DNA from: Octopus bimaculoides
Lineage: Eukaryota
NCBI RefSeq assembly: GCF_001194135.2
Contig: NC_068984.1
Span: 32,608,253-32,672,252, forward strand
Direction of reading: 5' to 3'
DNA length: 64,000 nucleotides
Positions 1-12,436 of the stretch are shown here, piece after piece. The notes under the pieces are model-generated. The model had not been told where the DNA came from and searched no databases. It worked only from the letters and a program-made list of their open reading frames with translations. A program made the translations under genes and the position numbers. How positions within the stretch are numbered: the first letter of the stretch is position 1; the number at the start of each line of letters is the position of its first letter.

Positions 1-123
1 AGCCTGAGACAACAGTAGACACCACTTACCACAGGCACTACATAATGGTTTAGATCCCAGAACCATTTGGTTATGAAGAAAACTTAATTGCTATACAAAT
101 ATGCCTGTGCTTCACATTCACAT

Positions 124-126
<3 letters not shown>

Positions 127-170
<44 letters not shown>
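127..170. repeat. (CA)n microsatellite followed by CA-rich low complexity to about 300
   Basis: Direct reading; it explains ORFs 101..376 and 118..351. Confidence 0.98.
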
Positions 171-174
<4 letters not shown>

Positions 175-730
175 TACATTCACATCTATGCAGAAGTATA
201 TATGTATGTGTATATACAAATACACACATACACATAGACACAGAAATCTACACATACATACACACATACACATGCTCACACACATGCAAACACACAAAAC
301 ACTATTCCAAAGAATACACATGATGATATCAAGTAAATGGACAGTGAACACTTTGGATCAATATTCTATAAAGTAACCCCTTTCCTTATTATTGCTATTG
401 TAGCTATCAAATTTCCTATCAATGTCTCTGAATGTTATTGTCAAACTGTTTTCAAAATTACAAATGATTTTTATTAAGCAATTTGAAGATCTTGCATGAG
501 GGATTGAAATTCCTACCTTTCATGTATATTATAAAGTTTGGTATTGAAGAAAAATCTGCATCTTATTTGTTATTCATTATATCTAGAAAGCTATATTGTT
601 TCAATATTGACGTGCACAATATAGTTCTTCAAATATGCTCCAAGATTTGTTTGCATTCATTTGTCACTACCAAGCATTATTGAATGTAGATCCATACCAG
701 GAAGCTATTTAACTAAAGAGTTATTTTTCC

Positions 731-819
731 AGCAGAAATTCAGACTCAGAACATAAAGACTGACAAAATTACACTAAGCACTTTGCCCAGCATGCTAACA
801 GATCTGCCAGCTCGCTGCC
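731..819 (-). mobile_element. tRNA-derived SINE head (family of the 54010 copy), decayed
   Basis: Reverse complement GGCAGCGAGCTGGCAGATCTGTTAGCATGCTGGGCAAAGTGCTTAG aligns with the head of the 54010-54220 copy. Confidence 0.8.
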
Positions 820-1026
820 TTAATAACAACAAAACAACAACAGCAACAACAATAATAGAAGAAACAATTATTTATGATTTAGGCACAAGGTTGAGAATTC
901 TGAGTAGATACTGTCAAACCCATTATTTGAAATATACCTTATTTTATCAGTTCTATATTTAAGAGATGAGGAATTATGTACATTGTTTACATTTGACGGA
1001 TATTTGTCTTCATCTTGTTTGTTGTT

Positions 1027-1072
1027 AACACAACGTTTCAGCTGATATACCCTCCAGCCTTTATCAGGTGTC
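1027..1072 (-). ncRNA. Type I hammerhead-ribozyme-like motif (G8 mutated to A)
   Basis: Minus strand reads GACAC CTGATAA A GGCTG gagggtatat CAGCT GAAAC GTT GTGTT: stem I GACAC/GTGTT, stem II GGCTG/CAGCT, core and GUU triplet. Confidence 0.6.
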
Positions 1073-1218
1073 TAGGGGAAATTTCCAACTTTGGGTTCTC
1101 ATTCCTAAGGTATTTTCCAATATTGTTATCATTATTATTATAGTTGTTGTTGTTATTGTTGTTGTTGTTGTTGTTATTCAGGTCACTGCTTGGAATTGAA
1201 CTCGGAATCTTAGGGTTA

Positions 1219-1278
<60 letters not shown>

Positions 1279-1326
1279 TCGAAAAATACCTTAGGAATCA
1301 GAACCCAGATTCGAAATTTCCCCCAA

Positions 1327-1372
1327 GACACTTGAAGAAGGCTGGAGGGTATATCAGCCGAAATGTTGTGTT
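1327..1372 (+). ncRNA. Type I hammerhead-ribozyme-like motif (C3 and C15.2 mutated to T)
   Basis: GACAC TTGAAGA A GGCTG gagggtatat CAGCC GAAAT GTT GTGTT, with a perfect 5-bp stem II followed by GAAA. Confidence 0.6.
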
Positions 1373-1779
1373 AACAACAAACAAGATGAGGACAAATATC
1401 CGTCGAATGTGAATAATGTAAATAATGTACTTATTTTATCAACCCCGAGGAATGAAAGGTGAAGTTAACTGAAATAGGATCTGAACTCAGAACATGAAGT
1501 GTTAGAACAAATACCTCAAAGAATCTTTTCCAATACTCTACAAAATTCATCAGGTCACTTGTCGTAGCCTTTCATCCCACTGAGATTAATAAAACAAAAT
1601 ACTAGTCAATAACTAGGATTAATTTAATTGCTTAATCTCCTTCCTTTGAAATTGCACAAAGCTACAAAACTGATGAAAGTGGTTAGTTTATTACATTCAA
1701 ACCAGTATTTTGTTAAGAGCCAGAACAACTAACACAAGGCATTTTGTTTGATGCTCAAATAAATGGCACAACAATGAAA

Positions 1780-1984
1780 TGCACCCAGTACACTCTTTAA
1801 AATGTTTGAAGGTAGGAAGAGCATCGAGCCATAGAAACCAAACAAAAACAGAAATACAAGAGCAAGATGTTGTCTTCTGACTCACCAAAGGAGAACAATA
1901 ACTTCAAATGATGGACTCAAACCATGGCAATCCATCCAACAGGTGCTAATCTGGAAAGCAGGTATTACAAAAATGTTGCTGTTC

Positions 1985-2018
<34 letters not shown>
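1780..2018 (+). mobile_element. Decayed SINE/LINE 3' tail ending in (GAT)n
   Basis: AGGAAGAGCATCGAGCCATAGAAACC resembles the tail family at 11575-11745, and it ends in a (GAT)n run. Confidence 0.55.
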
Positions 2019-2019
<1 letters not shown>

Positions 2020-2507
2020 TCCTTATGTTGTTGATAATCTTTTTTGAGACCTTCCACCTTAAAATATTCAACCTTCACTCCCTCTATCAAGGAGTTGGAA
2101 TACACCTATGAGACTGGTGTATCTAAGTCATCTTGGCCAAAACAAATAAATCTGGGTTTTCAGTTCATCCTCAAAGATCACGCAAAAATTGCTCCCCCAA
2201 AATTATTCCATCTTCAATTCTTGCTCTCTTTTTTGCTTTACCTATCTGGTTAGTAGTATTGGAAAGAGGCATACATCTTTATTATCATTTTCAGTGGTGA
2301 AGAAGCTTATTCAGTTTTTGTATCTTCTTAATAGTATAGCTCGAAAACAATCTATAACTGAGCATTCTTTCTTGTATTTTTTTATCTTTATATTGTTCGT
2401 TGGGCCTACGGTTAACTTTTGTGCTCTTTTCTCTCATCCAAAACTGCACTTTTTCATCAAGCACAAACAAACTCTATGGGTTATTTTGGCAAGATTACTG
2501 CTTGATC

Positions 2508-2660
2508 AAGTATGGCTGTGGGGTTAAGAAGCTTACTTTCCAGCTATGTTTCCAGGTTTGATCTCATCCCAGGATATTTTAGGCAAGTATTTTCTACCAT
2601 AATATTCAGTTGATCAAAGCCTTGAGAATAAGATTTGGTTGATGGAAACTGCATGGAGGC
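2508..2660 (+). mobile_element. Decayed tRNA-derived SINE 5' part (21695 family)
   Basis: TGGCTGTGGGGTTAAGAAGCTT...GGCAAGTATTTTCTACCATA...CAAAGCCTTG...GGAAACTG aligns with 21695-21850. Confidence 0.7.
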
Positions 2661-4103
2661 TTATCAGAGGGACTACTACTGTTCTTGGGTGGTATATTAA
2701 CCATTGCCTGGTTTAACATCATTACTCAACTCTTGGTGGGGCTTTCTTTAGAAGACACCCTTCAGTTGCAAGTATTTAGGTTGGATAACATTCTTCCTAC
2801 CTTCTAAATAATCTCATTAACACTGCTCTGCTCTTCCACCTGACTATAAAATTTAGAAAAAATTCATTGATAGGATTAGTCTAAATAGATTGGAGAAAAT
2901 ATTAAATTTTTCTGCATGTTCTGCACACTAAAGTTTGCCTGATTATATCAAAGCCACACAAAATAATAATACTCTTAAGTGAAAGCTTGGACAGTGTATT
3001 GATAACAAGATTGAGAATGTAGTGTAAGGTCAAAATTTGTTGATCTTGCCTTAATGTTAATGATTTTCTTTAACCACATGCCATCCTTACACAAGGTATA
3101 GTAATGCACGTTCTATTATAAATCTCTTATTGATTAGATTGAACCTTATTACCTCTACTCATGTGGCGATAAAGTAACAATTAGGTTGTTTATTGTGTTC
3201 ACAGAATATCTTGATAATAGTTATACTCATGGTTGTCTCTAGCAGATAGGCTGTACACCTGTTGATACTTCTTCTAAAGCACATTACAGCCTAATTAACT
3301 CAAAAGAGAAAAAGTATGAGGTACTGACATCGTAATACCTTCTAACTACTACACTTCCATGGTTATTACCTCTATTGTTAAGTGAGAAAATCAATTACAT
3401 TATATTACATAATCAGAGATGTTCATCAATTGGGGATGAGTTTTATTTACTTCTAGAGGACAGTTATAAGATTCCTTATCTCTTTTTGCTGCAATCATAA
3501 GAGGGGTTGAACACAACACTTCAAGCTAACAAACCAGCGAAAGGGTTTTTTTTTGTATGGTCATTTCACCCGCTAAAAGAAGCAAACGAATCTTCCACAA
3601 ATTACAACCATCTTAAAAATAAAAAGATGCATTGAAAAAGCTAGACTCATGTGTTCCTAAAAAAGACAAGATGAAAGTCACAGCTAAAATACTTTTAATC
3701 CTTGGCCCACTAAAGTAGTGTTGACTTGGTTAAACAGTCACTTGTTGATTTTTCAGTACTGCTATGCCCTATGATGATGAGGTGTTGCCACTCTGTGATG
3801 CTTATTTACAGGTTCATAGTATATCTAGCATTAGAGAGTTAAGGAAGTTCTCCATAGACACAACACTGTGCCAACAAGAGTACACAAACTTCTTGGTTAA
3901 TATTCCAGAATCCCTTCCAATTTGGTTTGTTCTCAATCAATAAGAGTACAATATAATAAATACATTTATAGAAGTATCCTGTAATATATTCAGTGCCACG
4001 AGTAGCATGAAGTATAGTTTATATTAGTGACAAATGCAAGTATACATGTTCTCTTGTTGGTATCTCCTAAGCATTATGCCTAGCACCTTCAGCTAGCAAC
4101 ATA

Positions 4104-4652
4104 CAAGAGTGGGTCAAAAAGTAATGCTATTTTGTTTAGGACAGATATAATAACCAATACAGGAACATGTATCATACATCAAAATGAAGCTGGTCCTCTG
4201 TGAATCACACCCCTACTTCTCAACATAGTTACCGTTTCTCTCAATAGCAATGTTGCACCTTCGAATGAAAGCATATATCCCTGCCCCGTAAAATTCTGTT
4301 GACTGTTCTTTGAGACATTTCTTCACTACAGTTTTCACTTCCTTGTCACTGGACTATCATCTCTTCAGCCCCATGAAAGAGGGTTTTAGAGGCAAACATT
4401 ATTCCAGTAACGAGAAAGTGAAAACTGTAGTGAAGAAGTGGCTCAAAGAACAGACAACAGAATTTTACAGGGCAGGGATACATGCTCTCATTCGAAGGTG
4501 GAACATTGCTATTGAGAGACACAGTGACTATGTTAAGAAGTAGGGATGTGATCCACAGAATACCAGCTTCATTTTGATGTATGATACATGTTCCTGTGTT
4601 GGTAATTATAGCTGTCCTAAACAAAATGGCATTACTTTTTGACTCACCCTCC
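4104..4652. mobile_element. Palindromic mariner-derived non-autonomous element (250-bp arms, 49-bp spacer, TA flanks)
   Basis: Arms 4104-4353 and 4403-4652 are near reverse complements, with TA at 4102-4103 and 4653-4654. The plus frame encodes the mariner C-terminus DYHLFSPMKEGFRGKHYSSNEKVKTVVKKWLKEQ...RRWNIAIERHSDYVKK. Confidence 0.92.
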
Positions 4653-4962
4653 TACATGATACAGTGATCTTGATGCTTGCAGTAAAAAGATCTATGTTTT
4701 TCTTATTCATTTTTATTGTCAAGTGGCCTATCTTATTGAGTGTTGCATGTCTTTGCCAAGCCCACAGTACTGTTTGAATGTTTACAACACTATTAACTCA
4801 CTTAGCTGTGGCTCTCATAATGAGCTTTTCTCATACAACAAGAGACTAGCTAAACTGATGTGATATTAGTTATTCAATAACATTATTTCTTCAGAAATTA
4901 TCATTTAAATTTGATACATTTCCAGCTTGCGCATTTCAATATACGTAAAAAGTTCTTTACAA

Positions 4963-5002
<40 letters not shown>

Positions 5003-7121
5003 ATATGTTCAGTTCTTTTTCACAGAATCCTGCTAGGCAATACATTTTACTTAACTGCTTGCCTTAACTCAGAATACAGAAACATACTTTAAATTCTCAT
5101 TGTCCAAAAATTAGATTCCCTCATTTAAATATTACTTGCTGCAAATAAGATTCTACTTCTCATTTTTTTTAAAATCTCATTTTCAATACTTTTTAAATCT
5201 TTATTTTTATTTTATTGAAAAGTGATCTTTTTCATTCTGTCACTTTTAAATATTACCATACAAAGTTTATTGTTTTTATATTTTCATTTTTTTCTAAAAT
5301 TTTGTGTACTTTATCTATTTATTCATTTAATTCACTAAGAATTATTTTGAAAAATCTGTATATTAATTAGAATAGAATTTCCCGTTTTTCTGTTTTATTT
5401 TCCTTTTATGTTATTTCTAGTGTTTTTATCTTCAAAGACATTTTTTACTTCTCCAAAACATTTATAGAATTTCTTGAATTGTAAAGACTGTCAGTTCTAT
5501 ACCATTCATTTTCATAGCACTATTTAACATTTCAATTTTGCATTCACTCAGGGTTGTCGATTTCTTCCATCTGATTCTAAATCTTCACTAAACATTTTTG
5601 AATGTTGAAATATAAAAAATAAAAACATTCATCAGAAGAGAAACAATGAAGGATTTTAAATTTAAATTTAACTTAAAAGAAAAAAAAAGATACAGATAAT
5701 GTATGTCTGTATTACTAAGATAGAATATTGCTAGAGCAAATGTATGTTGATAACATGGTGCGACAGTGGTTGAACTACATGTTATAAATAAAATGTTTAT
5801 GAGTTCTATCTGAAGCCAAAGATATGCTAATATGTAATAACATGACATTTGAATAACGATTTGGGGGAATATAATATTCCAAATGTAACACAGAGGATAC
5901 TCAAAAGAGGAACTTGGTTATCCAAACAACACATGCTATTTTAGAAGTGGTAAAGGAGAAAATTCAGACCAGATAGAGAGACATGTAGTCATTTGGCTTT
6001 GTGTATTTATTATTTACACAGAAATTTTATTGCTGATAGTGAAGATCACTGCTATATGAAATAACTGAAGAATATATCTATCTCCATGTAGTTAGGCTGA
6101 AAAACTTCATTGTAGAATTGGGTGTTTGATTATACCATTACTGTTTAATTCCATTTTAGCTCTGAGGTGTGTAGCATAATAGTTAAGCAATTGGACTCTT
6201 TGATTCCTGGTCTGGGAAGTATGTTGTATCATTGTGCTAGGTACTTTATTTCGTGTTTCTCCATATCGCTCAGTTGGCATAAATGGGTATTAAGATTGAC
6301 AAGGCACCTGGTCTGTGTCAAATTAGCAAAGCAACATTAATGAGTCAGTGGTATGATAAATAACTTTTTTGGCATCAAGATCAGTACAACCAGCAGTAGA
6401 CTGTCATATCATATCTGTATGCTTTTAGTCATGTTTAAGCACATATGATCAAAAGCATTCCAGCCATGATCGTTCTACCCTTTATACTGTCATAATGTAT
6501 GTAGGACTATACCATTCAATGTGTCATTCTTTACATTTTAAGATGTTGTGCTATGATTCGAAGAAGAATAAATGACTATTTCTAGCAGGTTCAGTGACCA
6601 TATAGAAGCTCACCTCTATGATTCTTACAGTTGCAACTTTGATTATTAATTCTTATTCCACCAACTTCACCACCACCACCACCACCACCATCATCAATTT
6701 ATCTCTCAGTAGATTCAACTGAAATAAAAACTAATTAGATGGCCTCAAACCTCAACTTTATCCCCCAAAGATATTACAAACAATTCTTCCTTGCGGAATA
6801 AACACTACTGAACATTTATGTAAAATAAAAACAATGCCCGTTTTAATGGTAATGGTAATTGAGGTAAAACATACAATTGCTGGTAGACAGAAAATGAAGT
6901 TGTCTGTATAATAGTACAAATAAAAAAAATTAAAGGCTCTATTTTGATTTTGATTATTATTAATTTCTGGAAAAACATGGAAGATCAACATTGCATTGTA
7001 GATGACTCTAGAAAAACAAGTTGATCTATATTTTAAAGATCATTGGTGTCAAGAACTTTTTTTCTTATTAACCTTACACTTTATTTATAGAACATATTAC
7101 TGCCTCTTTGTCTGTCTGTCC

Positions 7122-7160
<39 letters not shown>

Positions 7161-7284
7161 CTTCACTCTCTGTCTCTGTCTCTTTCTGTATACATATACA
7201 CTTACATACATACATACATGCATACATACATAATATATATATATATATATTNNNNNNNNNNGTTAGTTGTTATAATGTGAATGT

Positions 7285-8414
7285 TTAATATTTAGTAGAC
7301 ATACCTCATGCATTTTTCAATGCAAGGACCCTATTAGGCATGTTACTGATCAAATGGTGAATATTCTCTTGCGGAATTTCTTACTAAGTTTCATGCAATA
7401 ATCTCAAAAGATCTGGCTTTGAAGATGCTTTCTGGTTCTGTCTATGAAATGTCTTGTCCATTATGCTCCAGAGGTGTTCTATAGGGTTTATATCTGGTGA
7501 TTGGCTTGGCTATGGAAGCTTTCTAATGCCATTCTTTTCCAACAAATCTTGGGTCATTTTAACAGCGTGACAAAGAATCCCATCTTCCATAAATAGAGAG
7601 TCTTCTTTAATCATTTCACCACTGGAGAAGTTTGGAAGGAGTCCTTTCTGCAATATGGACACATATTTATTTGTGTTTATCTTTCCCTCACACTCTACCA
7701 GCTCTGATCAACCATTGTTCCAAATTGTTCCCCAGACCAGAATAGCTGCTGCTTTTCATTGCTGGTTGCAATCTTTTCACATCAAATTCTTAATCACAGA
7801 GTCTCCAGACACACACTTGATCACTGTTAGGAAATGCAGCAAATCTGGACTCATCAGAGAATGACAGTGTCTCAAAATCCTAATGGCCTCTCCACCATCT
7901 CACTGGCCCAATCTTTTCTCCGCTTTATATTGGCTGGTCAAAGATGTGGCTTCCTTCTTCCTGCTCTGCCATAGTAACCAAGTTTGTGGAGATACCTGAC
8001 ATCTGTTCTGGGACTGACATCTACTTGCTCTGCTATGTCAGAAGTCTTGCAACAAGGATTACCCTCCACACTTCTCTTAGTAAAGAGAAGGGTCCTGTCA
8101 GAGGGTACTGGTTGATCTGGACAAGGTAATGTTGACTCCTTCCCCTCTTTGATGAATTGCACAATCACTCTATTAACTGTAGAAAGTGGGATCCCAAAGT
8201 TTTCTGTGATTTTACGCTGACTATATCCACCTTCAGAATGACCCACAATACGGTCTCTTTGAAATTCAGACAGTTCCAAGGCATGATTAATCAGTCACAT
8301 ATAGAATCTGAAACATAAAAATGTCAATTAATAAGAAATCTAAACATTTACAAATTAGAATAAACAGAAAACGATGTTTTATGGGGGTGTCTATTTACTT
8401 TTAACATGTGTGTG
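7285..8414 (-). pseudogene. Tc1-like DD34E transposase pseudogene with 5' TIR; 3' end lost at the gap
   Basis: HTH region [12 protein letters not shown]. Motifs IFSDES, FMEDGILCH and QSPDINPIEHLW, with 34 residues between D and E counting one stop. C-terminus GMSTKY* ends at 7285. TIR-like end CACATGTTAAAAGTAAATAGACACCCCC with TA at 8415-8416. Several stops and frameshifts. Confidence 0.92.
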
Positions 8415-9179
8415 TATATATATTAGAGTGATATCATATGAGATTATATATGATGAATAACACAATGTATACCATCTGAAATCTTTGAAAGTTGAGGTAA
8501 GACATATTATGTGAAGTAGTAATTGGAAAAGACATTTTATAGAACCAGATTCAATACATATCTACCAAAATACTTTTTCTGTATAGTCAGAAATAAGGAT
8601 AGTCTATTGCACAAGCATTCTGAACAGTTTGTCATTGAGTAATACTTTAGTGGAACAATAAATATGATTATAACAGATGCACAAGTAACCTAGAAAGGGT
8701 TGTAAAAATGAATGACACAACGTAACTGTGTATATAAGAGTTAAATGAAAAGTTAATTGTCAGATATGCCAAACTGTGAGATACATAGCTATTAGAATTT
8801 TATCAATACTCTGTTGAATGGATCAGTATTAGAAGGTGATGCAATTTTAAAATATAGCATGACGAGATTTGTAATGATATGGTTGTGCAAAAGTTTGTTA
8901 GAAGTGATACAGCATATTTTCCATTAATGAAAATGAAAAAGAAAATGATGTAATATGGATGAGATAAAGAGAATCAAATCTCATCAAAGCTATACATATC
9001 AGTATCAATATTGTAATGCAAATCATAGCGTGAAAAATTGACAATGATGATTCTGATGAGAAAGATTATGATCAAGGTAGCATATCTAACATTCAGAATT
9101 CAATACATGGTTGATCAAAAGGATTTCTTTCAGTTGACTAAATTTAGTAAATCATGAATATATCCCACTACGAGGAAAT

Positions 9180-9620
9180 GTGTCAATGATCAGGTAACAG
9201 AAATGTAATGGAACTATTTAGCCCTAACAATCTCTTCAAATGCTGGATCTCATTTCCACCAACGATCTCTTCTGGTGAAAGACCATGAATAACTGCATCA
9301 CAATAATTGGACGTTCTCTGTAGGATTAGAAGATACATCAGCCACCAACAAATCTTGATACCCAATAATGCTCTGGTGAAACCAGCAATAGAGTATTGCT
9401 TTCACGTTCAGGATGCTGCTGCTGCTATTGTTGTTACTGCTACTGCTGTTGTTATTGCCACTGCTGTTGCCACTGCTGCTGCCACTGCTGCCACCACTGC
9501 TGCTGTCCCTGCTGCTGTGCTCATAGACACACTTCAGCTTCTGGCTCAAAGATGTGATGTCTTTTCTCTGTCTTTTCTGCCATTGCTATAATGGCCTTTG
9601 CTTCTTGGAGCCAGCAGTCC
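9180..9620 (-). mobile_element. Possible CR1/L2-like LINE C-terminal remnant interrupted by a compound (GCT/GTT/GCC)n repeat
   Basis: LQRTSNYCDAVIHGLSPEEIVGGNEIQHLKRLL loosely resembles the CR1 RT C-terminal pattern QRVVN.WN.LP.EVV.A..I..FK..LD. Confidence 0.3.
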
Positions 9621-9659
9621 TCGTTTTATCACCACACTTGTCCTGTCCAACTACCACCA

Positions 9660-9850
9660 CCACCATCATCATTTAACCTCTGTTTTCCATGCTGGCATGG
9701 GTTGGCCAGCTTGACAGGAATTGGCAAGGCTGGGGGCTGCACCAGGTTCTATCGTCTGTTTTAGTTTGGTTTCTACAGCTGGATGACCTTCCTAATGCCA
9801 ACCACTTTACAGAGTATCCTGGATGCTTTTTATGCAGCACCATCACTAAT
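9660..9850 (-). mobile_element. SINE/LINE 3' tail ending in (GAT)n, minus strand
   Basis: Reverse complement CCAACCCATGCCAGCATGGAAAACAGAGGTTAAATGATGATG; same family as 11480-11745. Confidence 0.75.
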
Positions 9851-11234
9851 GTAAATCTTTTAACCCAAAACAGCTTGAGTTCAGCCAGCAAGCTTCTGTG
9901 CAATTTAAAACTTCAAAATTTTATTCACAAGAATTGAGTTCATCACAAGAGACATTTGCACAAAATGCCACATGATAGGATTGAACCTAAACACAATGGC
10001 AAAATCAATTTCTTAACCACACTGGCATGGCTACGCCCATAAATGCTTGCAAGCTGATTGGTGCTGCTAGACTGATTTAACCTATTCAATAGTCATATAC
10101 CAAGCAAATGCAACATGGGATACAAATCTTGCTATAAGTAAAATGTTGTTTCTTTAAGATTATGGATATGCTAAATATATTATTAAATACATCAATGAAA
10201 TTATTGATATATTTAATTATTGATATATTTTACTATTTGTTGTTCTTCCAGTGCATAATTAACAATCATTGTTACATCTTTTCCTTCCCCAACAAAATAA
10301 AAGCAGTGAAAGGAAACAAACTAAAATTAATATGTCAAAATATGGGAAATTGTAACAACCATTAATTCTTTGTTATTTTACGATAAATTCTTCATTAGAG
10401 ATTAATGATAAAAGTCTAAAGTAATTAAAACACACTATTGAATCGAAATTATGCATTGTTTTTTCATAGAATTTCCTTCCAAAATGGAGATAAATTTATC
10501 CATAATTATTAATTAAAGAATTTCAATCAGAAATTATCTATGAATGTTTTCAAAATAGATTAAAATAAAATATTAAGAAAAAATGATTAAGAAAAAAGGA
10601 ATATTGAAGTAATATGTTTCTATTTATTAAATGTGAATACGTATACATAGTGAAAAAGTAATAACTGCAATTGAAGACAATGATGGTGATGATCTTTATT
10701 TATTAGCCACAAGATCCTATAGAGATGTGAAAAAGCATTAACTAAAGGGCTTACACAGAAAATAAATGGTGTGGGATTGATAAGTTATAAAAAGACAAGA
10801 AGTGAAGTGAAAGACGTTACACTGTATATAAATATATGAATTAGAATTTTAAAACACAAATATTTGCATGGAAATAAAGGTGTATGATAAAACACACAGT
10901 AAGTAAAATGAGATACCTTTAAGAAGAAATAAAATATGAAAACTTATTAACTAGATTGGCTTATAGCACTCTACAGCTTAGCCTGCCTGACTGCTTGCCC
11001 ACCATCACTTGTATTGTCATACTATGCACCTAACACTTTTTGAGTTCGAAGGGACTGCAACACATCCAAGTCTTTAGAGTATCACTGCTTTTAGATAATT
11101 AGATAATTAAAGTCTCTTTTGTTTATACTAACAACCTATTTTTACATGTTTTCTGTATTCCAAACTTAACTGTGCATTTGTTATTGTAAATTCATCAGAA
11201 TATCCATGGTATCACAGATATGTGACTTTATCAA

Positions 11235-11450
11235 TTATCTGTTGGTTTCACTTGAAAAGATGGTGGATCTCAGCTTTTCTTTCATCTCTTCATCTTCATT
11301 GTTTTCTGAGGTGGAATATCTTTTTAATTTGAAGAAATTATTCCTCCTCACCAATCTTATCTGTTTTATTCTACCTATAATTTTTATGGCGGAGGTGCTT
11401 TTTTTTTTTTTCATAATCACTGACATCCAGCTAAGTAAGATCGCTGTCAT
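11235..11450 (-). mobile_element. Possible RTE-type endonuclease remnant
   Basis: IIGRIKQIRLVRRNNFFKLKRYSTSENNEDEEMKE loosely matches the RTE APE segment SERI..IRL...I.IIQ.YAPT....DEE.E. Confidence 0.3.
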
Positions 11451-11479
11451 CCATACCTACAGGTTTGTCCTTTACAAGA

Positions 11480-11745
11480 ACTAGTGCCATGTAAAATGCA
11501 TTCACTCTGGTGCTGCATAAATGCACTCATGCTAGTGGCTCATAAAAAGCACCCAGTAAACTGTAAAGTGGTTGGCATTAAGAAGGGCATCCTACTGTAG
11601 AAAGAATGTTACAACAGACAATTGGAGTCTGGACAGCTCCCCAGCAGACTAGCTCATATCAAACTGTTCAATATATGCCAGCAGGGAAAACAGAAATGAT
11701 GATGATGATGATGAAGATGATGATGATGATGATGATGACGATGAT
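11480..11745 (+). mobile_element. SINE/LINE 3' tail ending in (GAT)n
   Basis: AAAAGCACCC...GTGGTTGGCATTAAGAAGGGCATCC...ATGCCAGCAGGGAAAACAGAAATGATGATG. Confidence 0.8.
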
Positions 11746-12436
11746 CTTGATGATGATTTCACTCAGCATCTTGTGCACTTTCCTCTGTGCACATTATCTC
11801 TTCATAACATGACAACAAGGTTGGCTACTACTGTTAGGTGATGTTTCATTTGCTTCTAGATCTGAGTACAAAATGAATTTCCCCACTGTTTATGGAGCTT
11901 TAAGCAATGGTATGTTAGAAACCAGGGCTTGTTACTTTGATTCTGTCTCAGATGGTCTCCATTACTTTCCTTTCTTGTTTCCTTAGTCTGTGCATCTCAA
12001 CTGAGCAAAAGGCTCTGGAGTGGTTCTTACTACTACAAATATATCAACTAAGCTTTTTGTTTTGTACCATCAACCCCATGATCTTTTGTCTTGATGCCTT
12101 CATCTGAGCACAGTTACAATATGGTTTTATGCACTTCAAGAGACATTAAAACTTGGAAATCCATTTTTATTGCTCCTGGCAACGTGTCTCATCTATTGTC
12201 AACCCTACTTTAATCACCTGCCCAAACTGCTAAACAAAAGTGATTGCCAACTATGCATCCACATCGTTTTCAAAGTGTTTTATGATCACTTCTGTATTTC
12301 TTTGCCCTGTATATAGGGCTGAGTCTTCAGTTTTAAAATTGCAGCATACAGTGCCATAACGTTTGTGATTATTTTTTGTTTTAGAGAATATCTCATGAGG
12401 TATCCTGGAGTGCTTATAGTTGCTATCATAAGGTTA

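Larger units (their letters stand above)
950..1429. mobile_element. Fold-back insert: two inverted Penelope-type tails (arms about 978-1124 and 1275-1430) around microsatellites and a truncated tRNA-like head
   Basis: The arms align as reverse complements. A 12-bp direct repeat CTTATTTTATCA lies at 938-949 and 1430-1441. A B-box GTTCAATTC lies on the minus strand near 1193-1201. Confidence 0.85.
875..1545 (-). mobile_element. Old SINE copy (54010 family) interrupted by the 950-1429 insert
   Basis: A tail-like GGCACAAGG near 882 and the body TTATCAACCCCGAGGAATGAAAGG...GAACTCAGAAC at 1436-1492 lie on either side of the insert. Confidence 0.6.

Noticed and set aside
101-376. ORFs with HT/CV/IY/RE/poly-residue runs here and throughout the window
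   Set aside because: They are translations of di- and trinucleotide microsatellites, not genes.
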